In this document: positions 49,746-59,854 of the stretch, one piece after another
Layout: every line of letters begins with the position of its first letter
Position numbering within the stretch: position 1 is the stretch's first letter
NCBI GenBank assembly: GCA_045593005.1
Contig: JAZNVV010000038.1
Location: 1,652-65,651 of the forward strand
Direction: 5' to 3'
Length of the DNA: 64,000 nucleotides
From: Christensenellaceae bacterium
Lineage (GTDB): Bacteria > Bacillota > Clostridia > Christensenellales > Borkfalkiaceae
Made by a program: the position numbers and the translations under genes
Notes under the pieces: model-generated
Database searches by the model: none
The model's input: the letters and a program-made list of their open reading frames with translations, nothing else
What the model was told of the DNA's origin: nothing

Positions 49746-50600
49746 TTAAAATAATGCTATTGTAATTGCAATCAACATAGAGGCAAAAATCAGACCGTCA
49801 ACTCTGTCCAAAACACCACCATGTCCAGGCATAATATTACCCATATCTTTAACTCCTAAACGACGTTTTATGTAACTTTCGATAAGGTCGCCGATTTGAG
49901 TTAAAATTGAGCCTACTACGCCAAGCAATACAAATATTGTGATTACCCAACCTTTTGCAATAGCCGTGTGTGGTGGAATTATAAAATACATTGCAACAGC
50001 AATCGCTATGCCACCTATTAACCCACCGATAGAGCCGGAAATTGTCTTGTTTGGGCTGACTTTTGGGATAAGTTTAGGGCCTTTAAGCGTAGAGCCAACA
50101 AGGTACGCAAAAGTGTCCGTTACAGGCGAAATTGTGAAAATTAACACAAGCGCTAAAAGAGAATTTGCGCCAAGTCTATTTGCAAGTAATAACGCAAGCA
50201 TTAGCGTTTTAGGGTAAAAAGCCGACAAGAGTGTTTTCAAAAAAACGCCCTTCCCCTTTTTTGAAACAAGCACGATAATGCCGTTTACAACGATTTCGGC
50301 AAGAACAACGCTGTCCACCATAACTGCGCCGAAGAAATAATAAGCAGGCGTAATAAGCGCTGAAGAGAGCATTGTTATTATAAACAACAATCTATCTGCA
50401 GTATCGTTTTCCCACTTTAAGCCGTCATCTGACTTCTTTTTTAAGAAAAGTTTTGAAGATAATTCATACGTGCCCATAATCATTAAAAAAGCAGTATAAA
50501 TATCAAAAAGCGCGATACTTACTAAACGCAAGAAGAAAAATCCTACCGTTATTGCAACAAAAATCGCGCCTGAAATTACTCTAACTAAAAATTTATTCAT
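49746..50600 (-). CDS. cdsA: Phosphatidate cytidylyltransferase
   Basis: Polytopic protein with the C-terminal signature S..KR..G.KD.G...PGHGG.LDR.D. Start placed at the ATG overlapping the uppS stop (ATGAATAA); the alternative upstream start is at 50615. Confidence 0.92.
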   Translation of the reverse strand: MNKFLVRVISGAIFVAITVGFFFLRLVSIALFDIYTAFLMIMGTYELSSKLFLKKKSDDGLKWENDTADRLLFIITMLSSALITPAYYFFGAVMVDSVVLAEIVVNGIIVLVSKKGKGVFLKTLLSAFYPKTLMLALLLANRLGANSLLALVLIFTISPVTDTFAYLVGSTLKGPKLIPKVSPNKTISGSIGGLIGGIAIAVAMYFIIPPHTAIAKGWVITIFVLLGVVGSILTQIGDLIESYIKRRLGVKDMGNIMPGHGGVLDRVDGLIFASMLIAITIALF

Positions 50601-51339
50601 TCGTAACACCCCCAAAACGTCTATCGCGTTTTGAATAATCTTCTAAAGCCTTGTCAAACTGTTCTTCATCAAAATCGGGCCATAATACGTCTGTAAAATA
50701 CAATTCCGAATAAGCCGATTGAAACATCATAAAATTAGAAAGGCGTTTTTCGCCACTTGTTCTAATAATCAATTCAGGGTCGCCTAGTCCTGCAGTGTAA
50801 AGGTTGTTTAAAATCCCTTCTTCCGTAACCTTTTCGCCTTTATCAATAAGCGCGTTGACAGCGTGAACTATCTCCTGCCTGCCACCGTAATTTATCATAA
50901 GGTTAAGGTTGAACTTATCACAATCTTTTGTGGCGTCAAGTGCCTTATTTATAACTTCTTTAGTATCAGAAGGAAGATTTTCTTTATCCCCTGAAATATA
51001 AAAACGCACGCCGTTATCGATAAGTTTATGAATATACCTATCGTAATATTCGACAAGCAGGGAGAAAAGTTTATCAACTTCATCTTTAGGGCGATTCCAG
51101 TTTTCAGAAGAAAAAACGTATAGAGAAACGGTTTTAACACCCGACTTAAAAGCGTGTGAAACGACTCTACCGACGTTTTTTGCCCCGACTTTATGACCGT
51201 ATTCCCTTGCCTTACCACGCAAGGTCGCCCACCTGCCGTTGCCGTCCATTATTATACCGACGTGCTTTGGTATTTTTTGCGCCGAAACCGACTGTTTGGC
51301 GCTATCTTTTGTACCTGATTTTGTTTTCATAAAAAACAT
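50593..51339 (-). CDS. uppS: Undecaprenyl diphosphate synthase
   Basis: 248 aa. [10 protein letters not shown] and RTSGE.RLSNF motifs. Confidence 0.96.
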   Translation of the reverse strand: MFFMKTKSGTKDSAKQSVSAQKIPKHVGIIMDGNGRWATLRGKAREYGHKVGAKNVGRVVSHAFKSGVKTVSLYVFSSENWNRPKDEVDKLFSLLVEYYDRYIHKLIDNGVRFYISGDKENLPSDTKEVINKALDATKDCDKFNLNLMINYGGRQEIVHAVNALIDKGEKVTEEGILNNLYTAGLGDPELIIRTSGEKRLSNFMMFQSAYSELYFTDVLWPDFDEEQFDKALEDYSKRDRRFGGVTNE

Positions 51340-51914
51340 TAAACTGTTAATACGTCCTTTTCCTTATCAGCAGCAACCTGTTCAACAGTTTCGATTGCTT
51401 TTGAAATTACTTTTTCTACTTCCTTTTCAGCAAGAGCGTGTTCGTCTTCGGAAAGTTCTTTATTAACCTTCATTTTCTTTAATGAATCCATTGCGTCACG
51501 GCGAATGTTTCTAACGGCAACTTTACTGTCTTCACAAAGTTTTTTAACTTGCTTAACAAGTTCCCTTCTTCTTTCTTCCGTTAAAATAGGGAAAACAAGA
51601 CGGATAACCTTACCATTGTTAGCAGGCGTAATACCGATATTATCTGCAAGTAATTGTTTTTCGATAACTTTAAGCATAGATGCATCCCAAGGTGAAATAA
51701 CCAAAGTTCTTGCATCTTCAACGCTGATATTGCCTACTTGATTGATAGGTGAAGGCGTGCCATAATAGTCAACGAGAACTCTGTCTAAAATATGTGGGTT
51801 TGCTCTGCCTGCTCTAATATTAGCATATTCGCTTTTTAATACGGAAATAGTCTTTTCAGTCTTTTCTTCCATATCCATCATAATAATTTCATATTGTTCG
51901 TTTTCAATAGCCAT
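51339..51914 (-). CDS. frr: Ribosome recycling factor
   Basis: 191 aa. RAGRANP..LD.V.V.YYG motif. Confidence 0.96.
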   Translation of the reverse strand: MAIENEQYEIIMMDMEEKTEKTISVLKSEYANIRAGRANPHILDRVLVDYYGTPSPINQVGNISVEDARTLVISPWDASMLKVIEKQLLADNIGITPANNGKVIRLVFPILTEERRRELVKQVKKLCEDSKVAVRNIRRDAMDSLKKMKVNKELSEDEHALAEKEVEKVISKAIETVEQVAADKEKDVLTV

Positions 51915-52043
51915 AACTATTCTCCTTAAAAGTAACTCCCAAAATCAATAGTGGGTACACACGTATATTATTCACGTATATAATTATTGTAATATTTTAT
52001 TTAAAATAAGTCAATAGGCAAAATATTTTATGCCTAACTTGAT

Positions 52044-52754
52044 TTATTTCGTAATAAGCGTACCTATCTTTTCTCCCGAAACAGCACGCAACAACGCATC
52101 ATCTTCATCAAGTCCAAACGCAAGTACAGGTATATTATTTTCCATACACATTGTAATTGCCGTCGTATCCATAGCCTTTAATCCCTTTGAAATAAACTCG
52201 ATATAAGTAAGTTTATCGTATTTTTTAGCATTAGGGTTAGTTTTAGGATCACTATCGTAAATACCATCAACGTTTTTAGCGAGAAGTAACACGTCGGCAC
52301 CGATTTCAGCAGCACGGAGCGCAGCGCCAGTATCCGTTGAAAAGTATGGGTTACCCGTTCCACAAGCAAAAATAACTACCCTACCACGTTCAAGGTGTTT
52401 AAGTGCCTTTCTTAAAATATATGGTTCAGCAACTCTCGTTATAGTGAGCGCCGTTTGAACTCTCGTTTCAATGCCGTTTCTTTCCAAAGCGTCCTGCATA
52501 GCAAGAGAATTCATTACGGTTGCAAGCATACCCATATGGTCGGCAGCCGTTCTATCCATTTCAACACCTTGTCTACCACGCCAGAAATTGCCACCACCGA
52601 TAATAATGCCTATTTCAACACCAAGGTCTTTGACCTTTTTAATCTGTTCGACAACGCCGTTAATAACTGCTTCGTTAATGCCCATACCACCTGCACCGGC
52701 AAGCGCTTCGCCTGAAAGTTTAATAATAACTCTTTTATACTTCGTATTATACAT
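52044..52754 (-). CDS. pyrH: UMP kinase
   Basis: Start moved to [18 protein letters not shown], preceded by a GGAG SD. The track ORF extends to 52772. Confidence 0.95.
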   Translation of the reverse strand: MYNTKYKRVIIKLSGEALAGAGGMGINEAVINGVVEQIKKVKDLGVEIGIIIGGGNFWRGRQGVEMDRTAADHMGMLATVMNSLAMQDALERNGIETRVQTALTITRVAEPYILRKALKHLERGRVVIFACGTGNPYFSTDTGAALRAAEIGADVLLLAKNVDGIYDSDPKTNPNAKKYDKLTYIEFISKGLKAMDTTAITMCMENNIPVLAFGLDEDDALLRAVSGEKIGTLITK

Positions 52755-52831
52755 AAATTCTCCTAAAAGCAAGTAAACCTATAAAAAAGGGGCGCTAATT
52801 AAATTTTGCGTCCCTTCATTGTTTTTATTTA

Positions 52832-53695
52832 TTATTTCTTCATTTGTGCAGCAACTTCTGCAGCAAAGTCGTTGCTCTTCTTTTCTAAACCTTCACCCAT
52901 TTCAAAACGTGTGAAACGAATAACTGTAGAACCTTCTTTTGCTAAAAGTTGAGCAACCGTTAAAGAAGGGTCTTTGATGAACGCTTGATTTAATACACAG
53001 TTTTCATCATAGTACTTCTTAACTTTACCTTCAACCATCTTTTCTTTAACCATTTCAGGCTTGCTAGCAAGTTTTTCGTCGTTAGCAATTTGCGCTCTTA
53101 AAATTTCCTTTTCCTTTTCAATTACTTCTGCAGGAACTTCTTCAGGTTTAACGTAAGAAGGTTTTGCAGCAGCAATTTGAAGCGCTACGTCGTGGATTGT
53201 ATCGTCGCTAACGCCGTTTTTACATTCAACGATAACGCCAATCTTGCCACCCATATGAATATAACTATTAACTGCTTCGTCAGTTACGTATTTAACAAAT
53301 CTTCTGATTTTAATGTTTTCGCCAATCTTTTGAATTGCTTCCGTAGTTCTTGCTTCGAATGCAGAAATAACTTCTTCAACTTCTTTAACGTCGTTTTCAA
53401 AAATATAGCCTGCAACTTCAGCAGCAAATGCACGGAAAAGGTCGCCCTTTGATACGAAGTCTGATTCGCAGTTAACTTCTACCATAACAGCCGTGTTGCC
53501 TTTAACTTCTGCATAGCAGATACCTTCAGATGCAATTCTACCAGCCTTTTTAGCAGCAGTTGCAATACCCTTTTCTCTTAAATAGTCAATAGCCTTTTCC
53601 ATATCGCCGTCGTTAAGTTTTAACGCCTTTGAGCAGTCGGAAATGCCTGCGCCCGTTCTTTCTCTTAATACTTTAACGTCTTCCATTGTATACAT
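52832..53695 (-). CDS. tsf: Elongation factor Ts
   Basis: 287 aa. VK.LRE.TGAG..DCK.AL motif. Confidence 0.96.
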   Translation of the reverse strand: MYTMEDVKVLRERTGAGISDCSKALKLNDGDMEKAIDYLREKGIATAAKKAGRIASEGICYAEVKGNTAVMVEVNCESDFVSKGDLFRAFAAEVAGYIFENDVKEVEEVISAFEARTTEAIQKIGENIKIRRFVKYVTDEAVNSYIHMGGKIGVIVECKNGVSDDTIHDVALQIAAAKPSYVKPEEVPAEVIEKEKEILRAQIANDEKLASKPEMVKEKMVEGKVKKYYDENCVLNQAFIKDPSLTVAQLLAKEGSTVIRFTRFEMGEGLEKKSNDFAAEVAAQMKK

Positions 53696-53731
53696 GGGTA
53701 AATTCCTCCAAACAAATATTATTTTGCTTAA

Positions 53732-54481
53732 TTATTCAGCGTCTGCGATTTCTTCAACAGGTGCTTCTTCCTCACTAGCAACTTCTTCCATAGCAACGCC
53801 ACCCTTTGCTTCGATAACTGCGTCGGCAATTACGCTTGCAATAAGTTTAACTGCTCTAATAGCGTCATCATTACCAGGGATAACGTGGTCTACGTCGTCT
53901 GGGTTGCAGTTCGTATCCGTGATTGCTACGATAGGAATATTAAGCTTCTTTGCTTCTTTTACAGCGATATCTTCGTTTTCAGGGTCTACTATAAACATAA
54001 CGCCAGGAAGACCTCTCATATCCTTAATACCACCAAGGTTGAGTTGAAGCTTATCTCTTTCTTCCTTTAATAAAGCAACTTCTTTTTTAGGAAGAAGATC
54101 AAATTCGCCACTCTTTTCCATAGCGTTTAATTTGTTGAGTCTGTCGATTCTTGTCTTGATTGTTTTGTAGTTTGTAAGCGTACCACCAAGCCATCTTGAG
54201 TTGATATAGAACATGCCACATCTTTCAGCTTCAGACTTGATTGCTTCTTGAGCCTGTTTCTTCGTACCAACGAAAAGTACTGACTTACCTTCCTTAACTG
54301 CGTCTACTACGAAAGGATATGCGTCCTTTTCAATAAGTTCAACAGTTTGTTCAAGGTTGATAATGTGAATACCGTTTCTTTCACCATAGATGTATCTCTT
54401 CATCTTTGGGTTCCATCTTCTGGTCTGGTGACCAAAATGCACGCCTGCTTCGAGTAATTGCTTCATAGAAATTACTGACAT
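53732..54481 (-). CDS. rpsB: 30S ribosomal protein S2
   Basis: Start moved to [25 protein letters not shown], preceded by a GGAGG SD. The track ORF extends to 54529. Confidence 0.96.
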   Translation of the reverse strand: MSVISMKQLLEAGVHFGHQTRRWNPKMKRYIYGERNGIHIINLEQTVELIEKDAYPFVVDAVKEGKSVLFVGTKKQAQEAIKSEAERCGMFYINSRWLGGTLTNYKTIKTRIDRLNKLNAMEKSGEFDLLPKKEVALLKEERDKLQLNLGGIKDMRGLPGVMFIVDPENEDIAVKEAKKLNIPIVAITDTNCNPDDVDHVIPGNDDAIRAVKLIASVIADAVIEAKGGVAMEEVASEEEAPVEEIADAE

Positions 54482-54598
54482 AATAATACCTCCGTTAATC
54501 CTCCCCGAGTTCCGTTTGTCGGCAACCACGGTAATTAGAATAGATTTTTACCGCACGATAGGCCGTGGAATTATTCGAGTGTGAATTTTTGCTTTCCT

Positions 54599-54627
54599 AT
54601 AATATCATAAACGAAGTTTAAAATCAA
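54599..54627 (-). promoter_or_regulatory. Sigma-70 type promoter for rpsB-tsf (leader of about 110 nt)
   Basis: Minus strand reads TTGATT, 17 nt spacer, TATTAT. Confidence 0.55.
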
Positions 54628-54743
54628 CTTTTTTTACACCTTTTTTCACTTTGCACTACATTTTTTGTAAATTTTTTATTTTTTAAAATTTTTAGTTTGA
54701 GTAACGTAAAAAAAGATGTATAATCAGGTTAAGGAGATTTTGC

Positions 54744-55682
54744 ATGATTTTACGTATCGTTTTAATAGCATTTTTAGCCGTTTTAGCGCTAGCAATAGCC
54801 GTCTTTACATATTTTTTCTATTTTGCTTTTATAAGGAGCAAAAAACCGTATGACATTGAAAAATCTTTATCAAAAGAAAATTCTCTTTTGCCATATAAGG
54901 AGTTGATAAACGAGGGGGTACGGTATTGCGAAAGTCAACCATACGAGCATTTTTACACATATAGTTACGACGGCAAAAAATTGCACGCAAGACTATATAG
55001 AGCAACTAATTCGAAAGGAACTATAATACTTTTCCACGGATATAGGTCAATAGGTGCAAGAGATTTTTCGGTAGTGGTTAAAGAGTATCAAGGATTAAAC
55101 TTCAACGTATTAATGACCGATATGCGTGCTCACGGGCAAAGTGAAGGCAAAATTATTACCTACGGCGTAAAAGATAGATACGACGTGCTAACTTGGATAA
55201 ACTTTGTAAAGGAAAATTTTAATAAGAACGAAAAAATTATTATCGACGGACTTTCAATGGGCGCGTCAACCGTGCTTATGGCGTCAGCGCTAGACTTACC
55301 TGAAAACGTTAAAGGCATTATCGCCGATTGTGGGTTTACTTCCCCACGTGAAATCATAAATAAAGTAGGCAAAAGCAAATATAAAATTAACTGCAACTTT
55401 GCAACGGCAATATTAAACGTCTACTGTAAAATTTTTGGGAAGTTTTCACTAAACGTTTCCACCGTAGACGCTGTAAAAAAATGTAAAATTCCTATATTAT
55501 TTATACACGGCAAAAGCGATAATTTTGTCCCGTATGAAATGACGGTAAAAGCATACGAGAGCGCCACTTGTGAAAAAAGGATAGTCCTTGTTGACAACGC
55601 TGGACACGGCATTTCTTTTTTAATTGAAAGGGATAAAATTATTGCTGAACTTGAAAATTTTTTACTGCCTAAAATTGACTAG
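54744..55682 (+). CDS. Alpha/beta hydrolase with N-terminal TM anchor
   Basis: 312 aa. Nucleophile elbow GLSMGAS, HG oxyanion motif, and a C-terminal D...H (GHG). Confidence 0.75.
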   Translation: MILRIVLIAFLAVLALAIAVFTYFFYFAFIRSKKPYDIEKSLSKENSLLPYKELINEGVRYCESQPYEHFYTYSYDGKKLHARLYRATNSKGTIILFHGYRSIGARDFSVVVKEYQGLNFNVLMTDMRAHGQSEGKIITYGVKDRYDVLTWINFVKENFNKNEKIIIDGLSMGASTVLMASALDLPENVKGIIADCGFTSPREIINKVGKSKYKINCNFATAILNVYCKIFGKFSLNVSTVDAVKKCKIPILFIHGKSDNFVPYEMTVKAYESATCEKRIVLVDNAGHGISFLIERDKIIAELENFLLPKID

Positions 55683-55701
55683 TTGTTTATTTTTGCTATG
55701 C

Positions 55702-55715
55702 AACGGTATTGTCAA
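55702..55715 (+). repeat. 14-mer AACGGTATTGTCAA, identical to the minus strand of 42837-42850
   Basis: Exact identity. Intergenic, just upstream of the terminator at 55732-55756. Confidence 0.55.
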
Positions 55716-55731
55716 TACTAACCAAAAACAA

Positions 55732-55756
55732 AAAGCGCACCTTTTCGGTGCGCTTT
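55732..55756. terminator. Bidirectional intrinsic terminator
   Basis: Hairpin aaagcgcacc-tttt-cggtgcgcttt. Confidence 0.8.
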
Positions 55757-55768
55757 TATTATTTATTA

Positions 55769-56152
55769 TTAATTATGGTCGTGACAATGGCAATTTTCGT
55801 GGTCGCATTCACCGTCACAATCGCAATCGTCGTCGCCTTCCATTGCTTCAACAAAAGCGTTGTAAACTTCTTCTAAAAGTTTTTCGTCCGTGATAGGTAA
55901 AAGTTCTGAATCTTCTTCGTCCTCGCCAACAAGTTCGAATATAACAAGGCTTTCCATTTCAACACCGTCGATTTCTTCAGCAGGTTCGAAAGCAGCGTAA
56001 AGTTTATCGTTATAGTCAAGCGTGCCGATAAAGTAGAACTTTAACTTTCTGCCATCGTCGGCAATAAGTTCAACAATATCCTCCATTTCTTCAGATTCGC
56101 AAGAGCAGTTTTCTTCACCACAATCGCATACCTTTTTCTTTTCTTCCATCAT
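55769..56152 (-). CDS. DUF1292 (YrzB-like) protein with Cys/His-rich termini
   Basis: 127 aa. Core IVELIADDGRKLKFYFIGTLDYNDKLYAAF... is typical of DUF1292. Sits downstream of ruvX, as in other Bacillota. Confidence 0.75.
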   Translation of the reverse strand: MMEEKKKVCDCGEENCSCESEEMEDIVELIADDGRKLKFYFIGTLDYNDKLYAAFEPAEEIDGVEMESLVIFELVGEDEEDSELLPITDEKLLEEVYNAFVEAMEGDDDCDCDGECDHENCHCHDHN

Positions 56153-56179
56153 AATTCTCCTTTTATATGAATTTATTTT

Positions 56180-56602
56180 TTATTTATTTTGATTTTTGCC
56201 CCGCAAAAAACCTTCTAAAATATATGTTGCAGCAAGCGCATCAACGTATTTTTTACGCTTTTCTCTTGAATAATCCTCTTCAATAAGGGTACGGTGCGCT
56301 TCAATCGTCGTACAGCGCTCATCTGCAGTATATACCGGCATAGGCGTGGTTTCTTTTAACCTATCTATAAAATATTGCGCGCGCTGGGTTTGTATACTTT
56401 CGCTCCCGTCAAAGTTTACGGGAAGTCCACATACGATTGCCGTTATTCCCTTTTGTTTTGCGATATCCAACACGTATTGAAGGTCGGTTTTTAAATTTTT
56501 ACGTTGATAGGTGTGAAGTGGCAAAGCATAACTGTTGAACGGATCGGAAACGGCTATGCCTATCCTTTTATCACCTAAATCAAGGGACATATATCTTTCC
56601 AT
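56180..56602 (-). CDS. ruvX: Putative pre-16S rRNA nuclease / Holliday junction resolvase-like YqgF
   Basis: 140 aa. LDLGDKRIGIAVSD and DER.TT motifs. Confidence 0.92.
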   Translation of the reverse strand: MERYMSLDLGDKRIGIAVSDPFNSYALPLHTYQRKNLKTDLQYVLDIAKQKGITAIVCGLPVNFDGSESIQTQRAQYFIDRLKETTPMPVYTADERCTTIEAHRTLIEEDYSREKRKKYVDALAATYILEGFLRGKNQNK

Positions 56603-56694
56603 TATTAAAAGTATAACATATTAAAAATGATTTTTCAATAAAGTAGGGGGCGAAAATCAAAATTCGCCCCCAAATGGTCAAAAATTTTTATTCA

Positions 56695-56877
56695 TTAACC
56701 TTTTTTGTTTGCAGATTGCGTTTTAGTTTTCGGTTTACCGTCCTTAAACTCTTCAATCTTTTCCATTACCTGTTCTTGACCGTTAACAATGGCTTTGCGT
56801 GCTTTAAGTGAGTTTGCAACTACCATAGCGCCACCTAACGCGCCAAGTAACATTCCAAGATAAAATTTATCGTTCAT
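56695..56877 (-). CDS. Small membrane protein (YtxH-like)
   Basis: 60 aa. Gly-rich TM helix LGMLLGALGGAMVV followed by a charged helix. Confidence 0.4.
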   Translation of the reverse strand: MNDKFYLGMLLGALGGAMVVANSLKARKAIVNGQEQVMEKIEEFKDGKPKTKTQSANKKG

Positions 56878-56933
56878 ACTATCCCCCCTTGCAGGTAACC
56901 CTGCCGTTATAGTATGCGCAAAAAATCATAAAT

Positions 56934-58103
56934 TTACCCTCTATTTCGTTGTAATTTTAAGACGCAATCACAAACGACTTTAATGGCATAATCGACGTCG
57001 CTTTCCGTATTATTTTTACCAAACGTAAAACGAACGGTTGATAAAGCGTCGTCTTTTGAAAGACCTATGCTTATAAGTGCGCGACTTGGCTCTATACTGC
57101 CTGCCGAACACGCTGAACCGTTCGACGCGCAAACGCCGTTTAGGTCAAGGTTGAATAAAAGTGCCTCCCCCGATATGCCGTTAAAAGTTACGTTACTGTT
57201 TGCATACAGCCTATTTTCTAAATTTCCATTAAATTTAATATCGGTTAGATTTTCCTTTAATCCGTTTTCAAAACGGTCTTTAAGATTTTTTACGTACAAG
57301 TTATTTTTATCTGAATTTTTTAACGCTATATCAAGAGCTGTAGCCATTCCGACTATTCCTGCAACGTTTGTCGTTCCACCACGTTTAGCCCTTTCCTGAT
57401 GCCCACCTGCAATATACGGCAGAAGTTTTACGCCGTTTTTTACGTAAAGAGCGCCTACGCCTTTCGGACCGTAAAATTTATGCGCGCTCATAGACAACAT
57501 ATCTACTTCCAAATCTTTAACGTCATAATTTATTACACCCGTCGTTTGAACGGCGTCGGTAAAACATATTGCACCGACAGAGTGTGCGATTTTTGCAATC
57601 TCTTTGATAGGCTGAATAGTCCCAAATTCATTATTAGCCATCATACAGCCGACAAATATAGTGTCTTGTCTTACAATAGATTTTAAGTGAGCAAGGTCAA
57701 CCGTGCCAAATTTGTCAACCTTCATATATTCGACTTCATATCCACCCTCTTTAAGTATAAGAGCGCTTTCATTTAAAGCAGGGTGTTCAATAGGGCTTAT
57801 AATGATATGTTTACCCTTTTGCTCATACCCCTTCGCCACGCTATATATTGCCCAGTTATCGCCTTCCGTCCCACCTGAAGTAAAATAGATTTCATTAGGT
57901 TTTGCACCGATTAGACGGGCAACGGTATCGCGAGAATCGTCCACAGCCATAACTGCACGTCTGCCAAAAGTATGCAAACTATTTGCGTTTCCAAAGTTGT
58001 CAGACAAAAATGGAATCATCTTTTCTATAACGTTTTTATCAATCGGAGTCGTCGCAGCGTGATCCAAATACACAATTTTTTCCATAGTTAAATTGTATAT
58101 CAT
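56934..58103 (-). CDS. Cysteine desulfurase (NifS/IscS class V aminotransferase)
   Basis: 389 aa. PLP lysine motif SAHKFYGPKG and active-site loop SNGSACSAGS. A start at M7 (58085) is also possible. Confidence 0.9.
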   Translation of the reverse strand: MIYNLTMEKIVYLDHAATTPIDKNVIEKMIPFLSDNFGNANSLHTFGRRAVMAVDDSRDTVARLIGAKPNEIYFTSGGTEGDNWAIYSVAKGYEQKGKHIIISPIEHPALNESALILKEGGYEVEYMKVDKFGTVDLAHLKSIVRQDTIFVGCMMANNEFGTIQPIKEIAKIAHSVGAICFTDAVQTTGVINYDVKDLEVDMLSMSAHKFYGPKGVGALYVKNGVKLLPYIAGGHQERAKRGGTTNVAGIVGMATALDIALKNSDKNNLYVKNLKDRFENGLKENLTDIKFNGNLENRLYANSNVTFNGISGEALLFNLDLNGVCASNGSACSAGSIEPSRALISIGLSKDDALSTVRFTFGKNNTESDVDYAIKVVCDCVLKLQRNRG

Positions 58104-58136
58104 TTTAATTGATTAGTCAATATATTTAGACATCTT

Positions 58137-58802
58137 TTAATTTTCAGTAATAGCCTTAATGTAATTTATTCCATCACCACTTGAAAGCAAGTTAAGTCGT
58201 TCTATTTCCTCTTTAAGACGGGCGTTTTCAATTTTAAGCATTTCGTTTTCACGACGGGTGCGATACGCTATTTTTTCAACAAGCGTGTTTATTTCACCCT
58301 TTAATTTATTGATATTAAATTCGGTAACAGAACTGACGGCATTAGGCATATAAACAGCCCCTTCCGTTTCGCTGGAAAGTTCCATCGCTATCTCGTTTAT
58401 AAGTGGAAGATTGTTCTTCATAGCCGTGCGAAACTTGTTTTGATATCTTAAAGCAAGTTTTCCATCGCCGTTTGCAAGATTATACACGGCGCTACGGGTG
58501 GAACGTGTTTTTAACTTTTCACTCATTATTTTTTTCAATAGTTCACGTTCGCTGTCTTTAGAAAATCTCTCGATTTTTGCTGGCGCAAAATCAATACCAG
58601 AAAGATATTTTTCCTTAAAATCACTATCGCTTTCTGCCTTTTTGCATAATGCGTAATACAAATTTCTTACCGTCCCTGCAGACTTGCCCGTAACCGTAGC
58701 AAATTCAGCAAATACCGACGTTAATTTTTCCCCCTTTTTGTTTTTAATAAAGTCGATTAATTTAAATGTTAATTTATCGTCAAAACCGTAAATTTTATTC
58801 AT
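58137..58802 (-). CDS. Hypothetical protein with two Myb/RsfA-like helix-turn-helix repeats and a C-terminal coiled coil
   Basis: 221 aa. Repeats ...FAEFATVTGKSAGTVRNLYYAL... and ...AVYNLANGDGKLALRYQNKFRTAM.... Heptad-like ENEMLKIENARLKEEIERL. Confidence 0.4.
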   Translation of the reverse strand: MNKIYGFDDKLTFKLIDFIKNKKGEKLTSVFAEFATVTGKSAGTVRNLYYALCKKAESDSDFKEKYLSGIDFAPAKIERFSKDSERELLKKIMSEKLKTRSTRSAVYNLANGDGKLALRYQNKFRTAMKNNLPLINEIAMELSSETEGAVYMPNAVSSVTEFNINKLKGEINTLVEKIAYRTRRENEMLKIENARLKEEIERLNLLSSGDGINYIKAITEN

Positions 58803-58888
58803 ACGTCCCTCCTTTTAATAGTTTTATTGACATTACAAAAGGAATTTATACATATATTTAACAAAAGAATAATTTTAAGGATTAAAAT

Positions 58889-59785
58889 ATGTTTATTTCG
58901 TGCGAAAAAAACGCCATCATTACGACGGATAATCAGACGATTGTCAGCGACGGCAACTTGCTTACTTTTGAAAATAAAAAATTTTTTTCCGTTTCCTACG
59001 TTGATGGAAATCAACAAACGGCTGTCATTACCGATAAAATAATTAAAAGCGAAGGGGTGTATTCCGTATACCGTCCCGACGGAATTATGCTTTGCTTTGT
59101 CAAAAGAAAACAATATAATAATTTTATTTTGATTGCCCAAGATTTTTCCTGCAAGGTAAGGACCACCGTTTACGGCGACAATACTCTTAAAATTACGCTT
59201 GAAAGCGACGGCGCAACCGAAATAGTCAGCCTTGATTTTTTTAGTTTAAACGCAAAAATTTATACGGCGTATTATTCATATGGAACGATAATCGCAATAC
59301 ATTTTACCGACGCAAAAAAGATTGTTGTATATCTTTACCGATCAAACAGTTTTAAGCAGGTATTATTTTGCGATTGCGACACCCTTTCGCTTGATAGATA
59401 TTTAACGGTTGAATATGTCAAAAAAGATATGTTTCAGCATCTTATAACAACCGAATATGAGGCTGGAGAAACGTTGAACGTACTAAATAAAAAAGTTACT
59501 AGAAAATTTAGCAATACATACACCTTAAGCAAGGATCTATTGCCTTTTGCTTTTGCTGAAGAGGTGCTTGTAGGTGGAGATTTTACCGATCTATTAAACG
59601 ATAACCTTTTAGATAAAGCTACTGCAATAGAAGAATATTTTGGTAACTTTATTAAAGTAGTTGTTTTGCCCGATAATTTACCAGGATTAGTGTACAAAAG
59701 CGACGGCGTGTACGATTACACTATAAAAAAATTAACCTGTAATTTTAATGGAAATAAAATAGAAAATTTTACGTTAAAAGATTAA
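58889..59785 (+). CDS. Hypothetical protein
   Basis: 298 aa with no recognisable motifs. AAGGA SD-like sequence upstream. Divergent from the 58137-58802 gene. Confidence 0.5.
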   Translation: MFISCEKNAIITTDNQTIVSDGNLLTFENKKFFSVSYVDGNQQTAVITDKIIKSEGVYSVYRPDGIMLCFVKRKQYNNFILIAQDFSCKVRTTVYGDNTLKITLESDGATEIVSLDFFSLNAKIYTAYYSYGTIIAIHFTDAKKIVVYLYRSNSFKQVLFCDCDTLSLDRYLTVEYVKKDMFQHLITTEYEAGETLNVLNKKVTRKFSNTYTLSKDLLPFAFAEEVLVGGDFTDLLNDNLLDKATAIEEYFGNFIKVVVLPDNLPGLVYKSDGVYDYTIKKLTCNFNGNKIENFTLKD

Positions 59786-59794
59786 TTTAACGCT

Positions 59795-59810
59795 TAACGG
59801 TAGCGTAAAA
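59795..59810 (+). repeat. Dispersed 16-nt motif copy 4 (TAACGGTAGCGTAAAA) in imperfect hairpin tttaacgc/gcgtaaaa
   Basis: Intergenic between convergent genes, 15 nt from the terminator hairpin. Confidence 0.6.
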
Positions 59811-59825
59811 CGTTACCAAAAAAAT

Positions 59826-59849
59826 AAGCCCCGACAAAAGTCGGGGCTT
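59826..59849. terminator. Bidirectional intrinsic terminator
   Basis: Hairpin aagccccgac-aaaa-gtcggggctt. Confidence 0.8.
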
Positions 59850-59854
59850 TAATT

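Noticed and set aside
58799-59140. 113-aa minus-strand ORF overlapping the start of the 58889-59785 gene
   Set aside because: It lies antisense to a better-supported gene with an SD. It has low-complexity composition and no SD, and it would overlap the upstream gene's start region.
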